The position numbers and the translations under genes are program-made. 57,399 bases of DNA from an uncultured Rhodothermaceae bacterium (GTDB lineage: Bacteria > Bacteroidota > Rhodothermia > Rhodothermales > DASSAV01), in NCBI GenBank assembly GCA_965365465.1, contig CBDUBU010000001.1, forward strand, positions 1 to 57,399. Direction: 5' to 3'. Below the pieces are notes generated by a model. It ran no database searches, was not told the DNA's origin, and was given only the letters and a program-made list of their open reading frames with translations. Positions within the stretch are counted from its first letter, which is position 1. The number at the start of each line of letters is the position of its first letter. Positions 40,344-48,493 of this stretch are shown here, in pieces.

Positions 40344-40567
40344 TACTTTTTGCGGTATGTGCCTCGAATTCCTGAAACCTTACTACGATGACAAAAGGCA
40401 AAGGTTTGACTGTGTTCGGCTTCTCCTCATCTCTCGAACAAGTCTGTGAAAATCATTGTCGCATCACGCCCCTGCTCGTGACACAGCGCTGTCACCAACT
40501 ACTGCTATTTTCATTCCTTGACAACGTCGGACGCGCCACCTTCTGCCAACGGATTTCGTAATTCCTC

Positions 40568-40954
40568 ATGTTAGTAGAAAATGTCGAACGGACTGTAGAT
40601 TATTATCAGAACATCCTCGGCTTCGAACTCGTCATAACCCTGCCGGATCGCAGCCCGTTCAACTGGGCGCTTGTCCGGCGAGAGGATGTGGAGTTGCTTT
40701 TTCAGACCCCGACAAGCATGGGCGGGCTGCTGCCTTTGCAAGGCCAGGCTTCCCGGAGCGCCCTGAACGTGATAATCCCTGTAAACGAAATCGAAGACCT
40801 GTTTGAAAGACTTCAGCAGGTTGCCGCCATTGTTCGGGGCATACACACTGCCGGAAATGGAAGCAGGGAGTTCTCAATCCGGGATTGTAACGGTTATACA
40901 TTAACTTTTTCTCAGGATCTCCCTTCCAGGGTGTTTTCTTCCATCCCTGAATAA
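40568..40954 (+). CDS. VOC (glyoxalase/bleomycin-resistance) family protein
   Basis: 128 aa. V.ENVERTVDYYQNILGFELV and REFSIRDCNGYTLTF are typical VOC beta-alpha-beta modules. Confidence 0.7.
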   Translation: MLVENVERTVDYYQNILGFELVITLPDRSPFNWALVRREDVELLFQTPTSMGGLLPLQGQASRSALNVIIPVNEIEDLFERLQQVAAIVRGIHTAGNGSREFSIRDCNGYTLTFSQDLPSRVFSSIPE

Positions 40955-40956
40955 AC

Positions 40957-41181
40957 TTGCATTCTGTGATGATCCAATCAGGTAACCACGGACTATCTGC
41001 CAGATCGAAAGCAGCGATAGCTTTTACCGCAGCTATCGCCTGCGGCTTTGCCTGTTTTATTCTGCAAAGACGCCCTCTGGCAAAACGGCAAAGCCCATCC
41101 CTGCACCAGAAGATTCATTTCTCGCAAGAGGACGAAAATCTCCTTATGAAAGAATTGGCTGGTTATCTTGATGTTGAATGA
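40957..41181 (+). CDS. Possible small membrane protein
   Basis: 74-aa ORF with a TTG start (ATG at 40969) and one hydrophobic helix (AAIAFTAAIACGFACFIL). Its stop overlaps the track start of the next ORF. I recognise no homology. Confidence 0.25.
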   Translation: MHSVMIQSGNHGLSARSKAAIAFTAAIACGFACFILQRRPLAKRQSPSLHQKIHFSQEDENLLMKELAGYLDVE

Positions 41182-41213
41182 GAAAAGTGTCTTTTACTTC
41201 ACGGTTTCTTTCA

Positions 41214-42401
41214 ATGACTGCTGCGCCTCTCGGCAACCTGTCTCCAGCCGATTTTCTCGCTGAATACTGGCAAAAGAAACCTCTTTTGATCCGGAATGCA
41301 ATCCCGGATTTTGTCTCGCCGCTTTCCCCGGAAGATCTTGCCGGTCTGGCCTGTGAGGAGGACGTGACGGCTCGCCTGATTCTTGAACAGGGAGGAGAAT
41401 ATCCCTGGCAACTCCTCTATGGTCCTTTTGAACCTCATGATTTCGAAGACCTTCCTGCAACCCACTGGACCTTGCTTGTGCAGGAGGTTGATCGCCTTGT
41501 CCCCCCTGTGGCCGATCTACTCAACCGGTTCCGGTTCATACCCAACTGGAGAATCGACGATATCATGGTGAGCTATGCGCCCCCGGATGGTTCGGTGGGC
41601 GCTCATATCGATCATTATGATGTATTCTTATTACAGGGGCTAGGGCGCCGGCGCTGGCAAATTGGCTCCAGCCCCCTCCTGGAAGAAGTACTGATCCCGG
41701 ATCTTGACGTTCGGATCCTTCAGGAGTTTGAGCCTTCTGAGGATTGGGTGCTCGCACCCGGCGATATGTTGTACTTGCCTCCCCGTTACGCGCACCTGGG
41801 AGTAGCGCTGGATGACTGCATGACATACTCTATCGGCTTTCGGGCCCCGGGCGATGCAGAAATCATTTCGGGCTTTTTCAGCCGCATGGCCGAAGAAACA
41901 GACCCTTCCAGACGCTACTCAGATCCGGACCTGAGGCCGCAATTCCATCCGGGCGAAATTTCTCCACTTACACTCGCAAAAATCCGAAAGGTGCTTCGTG
42001 ACCTGCTAGCGGACGACACAACCATTGACCGCTGGTTTGGCTCCTATGTGACTGAACCCACACGCGATCCCGGTTCAGAATGGAACGGTACATTGTATGC
42101 CGCAACCGATCTGGCAGCGTTGCTTCACGGCGGTGCGGAGTTGCGCCGCATAGCAATATCCCGCTTTGCCTACATCAATTACCCCAACGGTGGAGCCAGT
42201 CTCTTCGTCAGCGGAGAGGAATTCGTGCTGCCCCCGGACCTCGCTTTCGCAGCAGCGCTCCTCTCCGGCGCAGAGCCGCTCACGATGGAAACATTACAGG
42301 ACCATCTTGAAAATGCAGAGTTTACGGAGCTTCTAACCACGTTGGTCAACAAGAACGATCTCTCAGTTTACACACCATCCGACGTACGCGCTCCTGAATA
42401 G
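41214..42401 (+). CDS. roxA: JmjC/cupin-4 ribosomal protein uL16 arginine hydroxylase homologue (YcfD/RoxA-like)
   Basis: Collinear with E. coli YcfD from memory: FL..YWQKKPLLIR......F..P.SP..LAGLA.E, W.LLVQ.V, PNWRIDD.M.S....G.VGAH.D.YDVF..QG.G.RRW and GD.LY.PP...H.G. Confidence 0.8.
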   Translation: MTAAPLGNLSPADFLAEYWQKKPLLIRNAIPDFVSPLSPEDLAGLACEEDVTARLILEQGGEYPWQLLYGPFEPHDFEDLPATHWTLLVQEVDRLVPPVADLLNRFRFIPNWRIDDIMVSYAPPDGSVGAHIDHYDVFLLQGLGRRRWQIGSSPLLEEVLIPDLDVRILQEFEPSEDWVLAPGDMLYLPPRYAHLGVALDDCMTYSIGFRAPGDAEIISGFFSRMAEETDPSRRYSDPDLRPQFHPGEISPLTLAKIRKVLRDLLADDTTIDRWFGSYVTEPTRDPGSEWNGTLYAATDLAALLHGGAELRRIAISRFAYINYPNGGASLFVSGEEFVLPPDLAFAAALLSGAEPLTMETLQDHLENAEFTELLTTLVNKNDLSVYTPSDVRAPE

Positions 42402-45010
42402 ATATTTGCCGTTTCTGCACGTAGCATAACTTCCAACCCCGGTTCACGCAGGTTGTAGTTTGAACTCATAGCGCGGCCATAGGCTCCTGCCGTAGCAACC
42501 AGCATAACATCGCCGCTCGTGGTTTGAGGCAGGGGTCTTCCATGACCAAGTATGTCGCCCGATTCGCAGATAGGCCCTACCCCTTCCGCCGTGATGGCCG
42601 GTGTTTCGTCGAGCCTGGACAGGTTAACGATCTGATGGTAGGATCCATAGAGGGCAGGTCGAATCAGGGAGTTCATGCCTGTATCCACGCCCACATATTG
42701 AACCACTCCCTTGTCCTTGATCTGCGTTACACGCGCCAGCAATACCCCCGCATTCGCAACCAGATAGCGTCCAGGCTCCATCCATAGCTGGTATTGAGGA
42801 TGCGCTGCCTTGACCTTTGCAAGTGTCTCCGCAACTACATTCACATCCAGCACCGGAACCCCCGGACGTTCCGAAATGCCCAGGCCGCCTCCTACATTCA
42901 ATAGGCGCACATCCTCCATCTCATTCGCCAGCGAGGCCAGGAAAACCGCTGTATTGAACCATGTTTCGGGCGTCCGGATGCCGCTTCCTACGTGTGCATG
43001 TAACCCGACGATACGCGCTCCGGCGACATCGGCAAGCGTGACAAGCCGCTCCAGTTCTGCCGCCGTTACACCAAACTTGGAACGAGATCCGGCGGTGCGC
43101 ACGTACTTGTGGTGGCCGTGTCCCTGCCCCGGATCAACCCGAACGATGATTTCCTGGTTGCGGAAAACTTCCGGCCACGCTTCCAGAGGGAAAAGATTGT
43201 CCAGCGTAACGTGAACCCCCATTTCGAACGCGGCCGAGTACTCTTCCCGAGGAGCAAAATTCGGCGTAAAAAGCAGGCGATCTGGACTTAAGTCAGGAAA
43301 CAAGCTGCGTAAGTGATTCAATTCTCCCGGAGAAACACACTCGAAACTGAGTCCTGCGTCGTGGAAAACCTGTAGGATTTCGGCATTGGGGTTGGCCTTT
43401 ACAGCATAGAAAACCTTATCTACCGCGTCGATGGAAGCCAGATCAGCAACGCAGGCGTTGAGGGTTTCCTCATCATATACAAAAACCGGGGTATGCCGGG
43501 CGGCTATCTCCAGCAGCGCCGCACGCCGGTCCCTCCACCACACAGGCAGACTTCCGGCCGCCGTTTCCCTGTTTTCTTCTGACAATTCGCGCCACGTAGA
43601 GCCAAACAACTGATCGGGCTGGCGGTCTCCAAACAACTGCGCGTGCAACTCACGCACCAGACGATCTGCCTGCTCTTCATCCACCACGAAACTCAGATTC
43701 AAATCACTCGCGGCCTGAGATACCAGATAGATCTGATGTTCCTCAAACACTTCCAGAGCAGGAGTAAGTTCTGATAGAATAGAACGAAGCCTCCGCCCTA
43801 CCAGACTCACCACCGCGCAGGGGGTAATTTCGGATGCCTTGCAATAGGCATTCAGGTCCCGCAAGAGCGCCTTGACTACTCCCGGCTTCAGCGCATTTGT
43901 CATCGGATCCAGGGTTACCGTGAGATTGGTCTCCGACGTAGCGATCAAATCCACCGACAGTCCGTTGCGCTTGAAAACTGAAAACACATCAGCCAGGAAA
44001 CCTACCTGCTGCCACATTCCTAACGTATCCATGGTAATCAGCGTCAGCCCGGTTTTTGCCGAGATCGCTTTAACCTGTGCGCCGGAATCAGGAATGTCGT
44101 CAGTAATTACAGTTCCTTCAAGTTCAGGACGTTGCGTGCAGCAGATGTGCAGGGGAATATGGTACTTCCGAACCGGATCGAGACAGCGCGGGTGGAGAAC
44201 TTTGGCCCCCATGGTGGCTAGCTCCTGCGCCTCGTTATAGCCAAGCTGCCGCAGCAACCGCGCTGACGGAATCTGATGAGGATTTGCCGTAAACATGCCG
44301 GGCACATCTGTCCATATCTCAAGCCGCTGCGCCTGAATCTTTGCAGCAAAATAGGCTGCTGACGTATCGGAGCCGCCCCGACCAAGAAGAACCGTTTCTC
44401 CTGCGTTGTTGGCGGCAATAAAACCCTGAGTCAGAAACACCTGCGCGCCGCTTGAATTGAGCCGCTCCTGCAAATCACCATCAGGATCAAACAGGCAATT
44501 TGCAGAGAGGTAACGCCGCACTTCAGGGGCCTCCGGCTCTTCCAGCGCCGAAAGCATCTCGCGTGCATCCAGCCACTCAGCCGCCAGGCCTTCCTGAACC
44601 AGAAAGGCTGCTCCTAATTTGGTAGCCATGATCTCTCCCATAGCCATTACCCGTGCGTGCAATCGGGGGCTTACCTCTCCCGTTAATGAAGTTCCAAGCG
44701 CCATCCGGGACAAAGCAACAAAATCATCCGACAACAGCTTACCCGCATCCACCTTCAAGGCAGCCGCAAGTTCGATATGGCGCTCCTTGATGCCGGCAAG
44801 CACAGGTTCATGCGCGTTGCGGACTGCCTCCACAAGCAGTTTCTCAAGCATATTTGAGATCCCACTCAACGCGGAGCACACAACAAACGGTTTCAATCCT
44901 TCTTCGATTCGCTGGCGTACTATTCGTGCAATGGTCTCCCAGCGCTCCCGCGTCGAAACACTCGTTCCTCCAAACTTCAATACAACCCAGTCACGATCAA
45001 CTCCAGCCAT
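42368..45010 (-). CDS. lysAC: Bifunctional aspartate kinase / diaminopimelate decarboxylase
   Basis: 880 aa. The N-terminal aspartokinase part has VLKFGGTSV, GRGGSDTSA and ACT-like repeats. The C-terminal Orn/DAP/Arg decarboxylase part has YAVKAN.N..IL, GGGLGI, EPGR and CESGD. Confidence 0.9.
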   Translation of the reverse strand: MAGVDRDWVVLKFGGTSVSTRERWETIARIVRQRIEEGLKPFVVCSALSGISNMLEKLLVEAVRNAHEPVLAGIKERHIELAAALKVDAGKLLSDDFVALSRMALGTSLTGEVSPRLHARVMAMGEIMATKLGAAFLVQEGLAAEWLDAREMLSALEEPEAPEVRRYLSANCLFDPDGDLQERLNSSGAQVFLTQGFIAANNAGETVLLGRGGSDTSAAYFAAKIQAQRLEIWTDVPGMFTANPHQIPSARLLRQLGYNEAQELATMGAKVLHPRCLDPVRKYHIPLHICCTQRPELEGTVITDDIPDSGAQVKAISAKTGLTLITMDTLGMWQQVGFLADVFSVFKRNGLSVDLIATSETNLTVTLDPMTNALKPGVVKALLRDLNAYCKASEITPCAVVSLVGRRLRSILSELTPALEVFEEHQIYLVSQAASDLNLSFVVDEEQADRLVRELHAQLFGDRQPDQLFGSTWRELSEENRETAAGSLPVWWRDRRAALLEIAARHTPVFVYDEETLNACVADLASIDAVDKVFYAVKANPNAEILQVFHDAGLSFECVSPGELNHLRSLFPDLSPDRLLFTPNFAPREEYSAAFEMGVHVTLDNLFPLEAWPEVFRNQEIIVRVDPGQGHGHHKYVRTAGSRSKFGVTAAELERLVTLADVAGARIVGLHAHVGSGIRTPETWFNTAVFLASLANEMEDVRLLNVGGGLGISERPGVPVLDVNVVAETLAKVKAAHPQYQLWMEPGRYLVANAGVLLARVTQIKDKGVVQYVGVDTGMNSLIRPALYGSYHQIVNLSRLDETPAITAEGVGPICESGDILGHGRPLPQTTSGDVMLVATAGAYGRAMSSNYNLREPGLEVMLRAETANIYSGARTSDGV

Positions 45011-45323
45011 GTATGCACCTCAGTCCTGTATTCGTATGGTCGTAAACAAATTCCCGAAAACACCTGGCGGTTTCAAATGTACGCCATTGCGGGCAAAAAT
45101 AAGAACAAGCGCCAGGGTCTTATGAATCATCCCCCTGCTTGCAGCCCTTGCTTTTGCCTCGAAGCAGGGAAAACGGATCAGTATTCAGCATAGCGTGCAT
45201 ACTAAAGTGAAATAGGGGATCGTTATTCCTGAGAGCGCGTGCATGATAAGAAGGATAAAAACACAAAATGCACACGCCGGGTACGCCTCTGGCTGAAACT
45301 GCGAGTCGCACTAACACAACCGG

Positions 45324-45932
45324 ATGCATCCAACGGACGAGGATCTTGTAGCTGCATACGTTGATTACGGAGATCAACGGGCGTTCCGCTCATTGCTGGA
45401 ACGCCATCAGGAGCGCATTTACGGCTACCTGCTGGGAATGGTGCATGATCGCGATGTAGCCAATGACCTCTTCCAGGAAACATTCCTCCGCGTTATTGCT
45501 GCCATGCAGAAGCAGCGCGGAAGCTATGAGCAACAGGGACGGTGGTTGGCATGGGTTATGCGGATTGCACGCAACGCTACGCTGGATCACCTCCGGAGCC
45601 GAAAAAAATGGCACGATGCGCCGGCTGCCGATTGCGAAGAAGGAACCTCCTTCTGGGATGCCCTCCCCGGAGACCTGCCTTCTCCTGACGACCAGTTTCA
45701 TCAGCTTGAGTTGAGTGCGCGCCTGGAAGAATGCATCGGCCAACTCTCGCCCGATCAGCGGGAGGTCCTGCTCTTACGCCATGAAACTGAACTCACCTTC
45801 CGCGAAATCGCAGCATTGACAGACTGTTCGATCAATACTGCGCTCGGTAGAATGAGGTATGCATTGCTCAATCTCCGTCGAATGCTGACGAACCCTGCCA
45901 GAAAAACACTGGCCGGCTCGATTGACCTCTAG
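45324..45932 (+). CDS. ECF (sigma-70 family) RNA polymerase sigma factor
   Basis: Region 2 (YGYLLGMVHDRDVANDLFQETFLRV) and region 4 (LSPDQREVLLLRHETELTFREIAALTDCSINTALGRMRYALLNLR). Confidence 0.9.
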   Translation: MHPTDEDLVAAYVDYGDQRAFRSLLERHQERIYGYLLGMVHDRDVANDLFQETFLRVIAAMQKQRGSYEQQGRWLAWVMRIARNATLDHLRSRKKWHDAPAADCEEGTSFWDALPGDLPSPDDQFHQLELSARLEECIGQLSPDQREVLLLRHETELTFREIAALTDCSINTALGRMRYALLNLRRMLTNPARKTLAGSIDL

Positions 45933-45936
45933 AACT

Positions 45937-46692
45937 ATGGAATCACGTACAAGCATAGAGAAAAGACTGGATGCCGTCCGCCTTCTCTACGAAAACGGCG
46001 ACCCGGAGCACTCGCAGGAAGAGTCAACGCTGGACGACGAAACGCGACTGGAGTTGGAGTCGTTTCGCGAGATCAAACGCCTGCTGGACCGCCGCAGCGC
46101 CCGCCGTCCGGATCCCCATGTAATAGAGGAAATCCTCGCTGGTCTTCCTTCCGGTGCAGCCTCCCGGTCTTCTGCGCTTGCTCGTAAAGACCGCCCTTCT
46201 TTGCCTCGGTCTACATCTCAAATGAGGCGCTTTCTGGGGATGGGAGTTCTGACGGCTTTGGTTTTGGTTGTTTTCAGCATTGCGAACCGGCCCATTGATC
46301 TACCTCTGGAAGCTCCTGCGGAGATTGCGTCCAACGCTCCTGAACCGATGACCTCTGCTCTACAAAAAGTACAGGATCCAGAAGCCGCGAATCTTCAGGA
46401 CGAAAAACCAGCCCTGGACGCTTCTTATCCGCCATCAGATGAGCAACGATACAATGCAAGCTCAAAAACGATCGCCGCTGTAGCACAGGAAGGCATTAGG
46501 GGGTCGCCCGGCGTAGACATGGAATGGAACGACGCGGCTGACCTGGTTCTGGTTTATCAGCGAGTAGAGATGCTGCGAGATCGCGGCTTGGAACCGGGCT
46601 GGGAGGAGCCTTTGATCTCCGTAGACATGCTGCCGGTTGGCGCAAGAACTTCCGGAGGCGACTATGGAATCCAACCGGCTGTACAGGAATGA
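45937..46692 (+). CDS. Putative anti-sigma factor (single-pass membrane protein)
   Basis: The frame overlaps the sigma-factor stop. It has a cytoplasmic N-terminus, a TM helix (FLGMGVLTALVLVVFSIA) and an extracytoplasmic tail. The assignment rests on position and topology only. Confidence 0.55.
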   Translation: MESRTSIEKRLDAVRLLYENGDPEHSQEESTLDDETRLELESFREIKRLLDRRSARRPDPHVIEEILAGLPSGAASRSSALARKDRPSLPRSTSQMRRFLGMGVLTALVLVVFSIANRPIDLPLEAPAEIASNAPEPMTSALQKVQDPEAANLQDEKPALDASYPPSDEQRYNASSKTIAAVAQEGIRGSPGVDMEWNDAADLVLVYQRVEMLRDRGLEPGWEEPLISVDMLPVGARTSGGDYGIQPAVQE

Positions 46693-46763
46693 GCATCGAA
46701 AAGCACCCTCCGGATACGTTACGCAACAGGATCAAGTTTGGTTAACCACTAGCGTTTACAGAT

Positions 46764-47672
46764 ATGATGACTCGAAGCCTCGTTTTAATATGCACGCTTG
46801 CCCTTTTCCAGAGCGCTGCGCCACCCTCTGCCTACCCTCAAGAGGTAAGATCCCTGGTAATTTCAGGTGGACAGGTGATGATCGACGGTCGGACAGTCGC
46901 CCACGAGAACTTGCCTTCCGCTCTGGATGTATCAGGCCGCGAGGAGAGCTATCGGTTCATCGGCGATGGCAGCCCTGTCATCGAGATCAACGGCGTGCTC
47001 TACCGCCTTGCTGATAACACACTTGAAGTGATCGGCAATGTCGATGCTGCAGAGTCTTCCATTCCAGCCTTCTTTCGCCCTGATGTATTCGGAGCGCAAC
47101 TTTCTGCGCCGCAGTCCTTCGACCTCATCGATGGAATTGCGCCGGTACAGAGAGGACAGATACTTCCCTACGAACCCTATTCGCGCTTCAACGGGCTGAA
47201 GTTCAACGCACTCGAACAGAAGGCGCATCAGTTGTATCAACCCAGCGAAGAGATGGCCCGCAGGCGAATACGCAACGCTGATATGGCCCAGCGTCTCGCT
47301 TCTCATGCCAGGCAAATGCAGGAAGCAGTTCTTCAACTTCCTCAGATCGAAGTGCAACAGTACCTCGGTGAAGTCAGACGGCAGGATCATGAACTCTTTG
47401 ATCAGATCATGCTTGAGGCGGAAATGGAGGCCATGACCCATGAGCTTGCATCCCGCATTCGCACGCTCTCCCCGAACGAAGACCGCACGGCGCTCCTCAC
47501 TGAGCTTCGCAGCAAGCTGGAAACCATTTTTGACCTTAAACAGGAAAACCGCAAACGTGAAATTGTGCAGTTGCAGGGACAGTTGGAAGAACTTCAAAAG
47601 CGCCTCGCTTTGCGCCAGGAGAAAAAACAACAGATTATCGAAGACCGGATGCGGGAATTGATTGGTCAGTAA
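46764..47672 (+). CDS. Secreted protein with C-terminal coiled coil (Spy/CpxP-like periplasmic module?)
   Basis: Signal peptide (LVLICTLALFQSAAP). The C-terminal 130 aa or so are heptad-rich (LRSKLETIFDLKQENRKREIVQLQGQLEELQKRLALRQEKKQQIIEDRMRELI). It is the third gene of the ECF module and a terminator follows. Confidence 0.55.
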   Translation: MMTRSLVLICTLALFQSAAPPSAYPQEVRSLVISGGQVMIDGRTVAHENLPSALDVSGREESYRFIGDGSPVIEINGVLYRLADNTLEVIGNVDAAESSIPAFFRPDVFGAQLSAPQSFDLIDGIAPVQRGQILPYEPYSRFNGLKFNALEQKAHQLYQPSEEMARRRIRNADMAQRLASHARQMQEAVLQLPQIEVQQYLGEVRRQDHELFDQIMLEAEMEAMTHELASRIRTLSPNEDRTALLTELRSKLETIFDLKQENRKREIVQLQGQLEELQKRLALRQEKKQQIIEDRMRELIGQ

Positions 47673-47696
47673 ACGCGGTCATCCCTGTGATCCCAG

Positions 47697-47732
47697 AGCC
47701 TCCGGTGCGCCTCCACCGGAGGCTTTGATTTT
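47697..47732 (+). terminator. Intrinsic terminator
   Basis: 11-bp perfect stem AGCCTCCGGTG/CACCGGAGGCT with a 6-nt loop, followed by TTGATTTT. Confidence 0.8.
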
Positions 47733-48220
47733 CAAACATCTTCTTGAGAAACAAGCGATCGGCGTCGATACTGCATCCGTACAAAGTATAATCCTGTGAA
47801 AAACCGTTTGGTAAGACTGCATGAGGCTCACCCCCGGTGTAAATGATGTCTGTGGATCCGCCCATCCTGTAGCAGCCCCTGCGCATCAAAGGCGCACCAC
47901 CGCGTCGGCCGCTGCAAACCTGGCAGGTTGCCGGAATAACCTGTCTCTGCTTAGAACTGATGCCTATCTTCAGAAATGGTTGCTTCGTTGAAGGAAGCAC
48001 AGGAACAAACAAGCCCTCAGCGTTGCCACAACCTCCACGCTTGCTTTGCAGTCTGGCGCTGTCCTTCCCCCTTGTCATCCCGACAAAGGAGGGATCTCTG
48101 TTGTGCCAGCCTGCTGCAAGCTCAGAAGCGAGCGCCGGCAACAGGCTGCGTTCCAGTGTTCCTCAACGATGGGGATCCCCCGTAAATAAAGCGGTGTGGG
48201 GCGTGAAACTGCGTTTTGGG

Positions 48221-48316
48221 CCGCAAAAACCGCAAAACCCCCTTTTTGACCCTGTCAGGGCTGTTTTGCCTGAGCGAAAAACCGCAGTAAACCGCTAAAA
48301 ACCCGCAGTAAACCGC
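48221..48316. repeat. Array of helically phased CCGCA(A/G) repeats, including a 19/20-bp tandem duplication
   Basis: CCGCAAAAACCGCAAAACC lies at 48221-48239. AAAAACCGCAGTAAACCGC (48277-48295) is followed after a single T by AAAAACCCGCAGTAAACCGC (48297-48316). Pentamer spacings are 9, 10, 11 and 10 bp. Confidence 0.55.
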
Positions 48317-48493
48317 AAAATAATCCTTGAGACCTGTGAAGCAAGAGCATGATGGAGGGCCACTGGCATCCTGCTAAGGCGGCTTTTATAACGCAACAGA
48401 TAGTCTCCCAATGGAACGTCCGTAGCCAACCGCACGTCTCAGTTTTCGACTGCATCTACCTGTTTTCCTTCAAGGCGAATGAATATTGAGATC

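Noticed and set aside
45283-45290. AGAGGCGT (reverse strand) resembling the start of a lysine riboswitch upstream of lysAC
   Set aside because: The other L-box core elements (GCCGAAG, CUGG, UGUCA helices) are not visible. A single 8-mer is insufficient, and a covariance-model scan is needed.
45120-45483. 85- and 86-aa reverse ORFs in the lysAC/sigma intergenic region
   Set aside because: They overlap the 5' end of the well-supported ECF sigma gene on the opposite strand and lack motifs. They are more likely leader or promoter DNA.
46932-47630. 232-aa reverse ORF covering most of the coiled-coil gene
   Set aside because: The forward frame has a signal peptide, operon context with the ECF sigma/anti-sigma genes and a downstream terminator. 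Glu/Lys/Gln/Leu-rich coiled-coil coding sequence naturally leaves the antisense frame open.
47851-47859. TGTGGATCC, similar to a DnaA box (TGTGGATAA)
   Set aside because: It is a single copy with two mismatches. There are no clustered boxes, no AT-rich unwinding element and no dnaA/dnaN context.
47919-47942. CCTGGCAGGTTGCCGGAATAACC, resembling the SRP-RNA helix-8 GGAA-tetraloop region
   Set aside because: The nucleotides flanking GGAA cannot form the conserved symmetric and asymmetric loops, so this is a simple 6-bp hairpin.
47635-48141. 168-aa reverse ORF in the gene-poor region
   Set aside because: It would have to extend through the 11-bp terminator hairpin (47697-47732) and 38 nt into the convergent upstream gene. 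It is Gly/Arg-rich with no recognisable motif. It is kept only as part of the unexplained-region finding.
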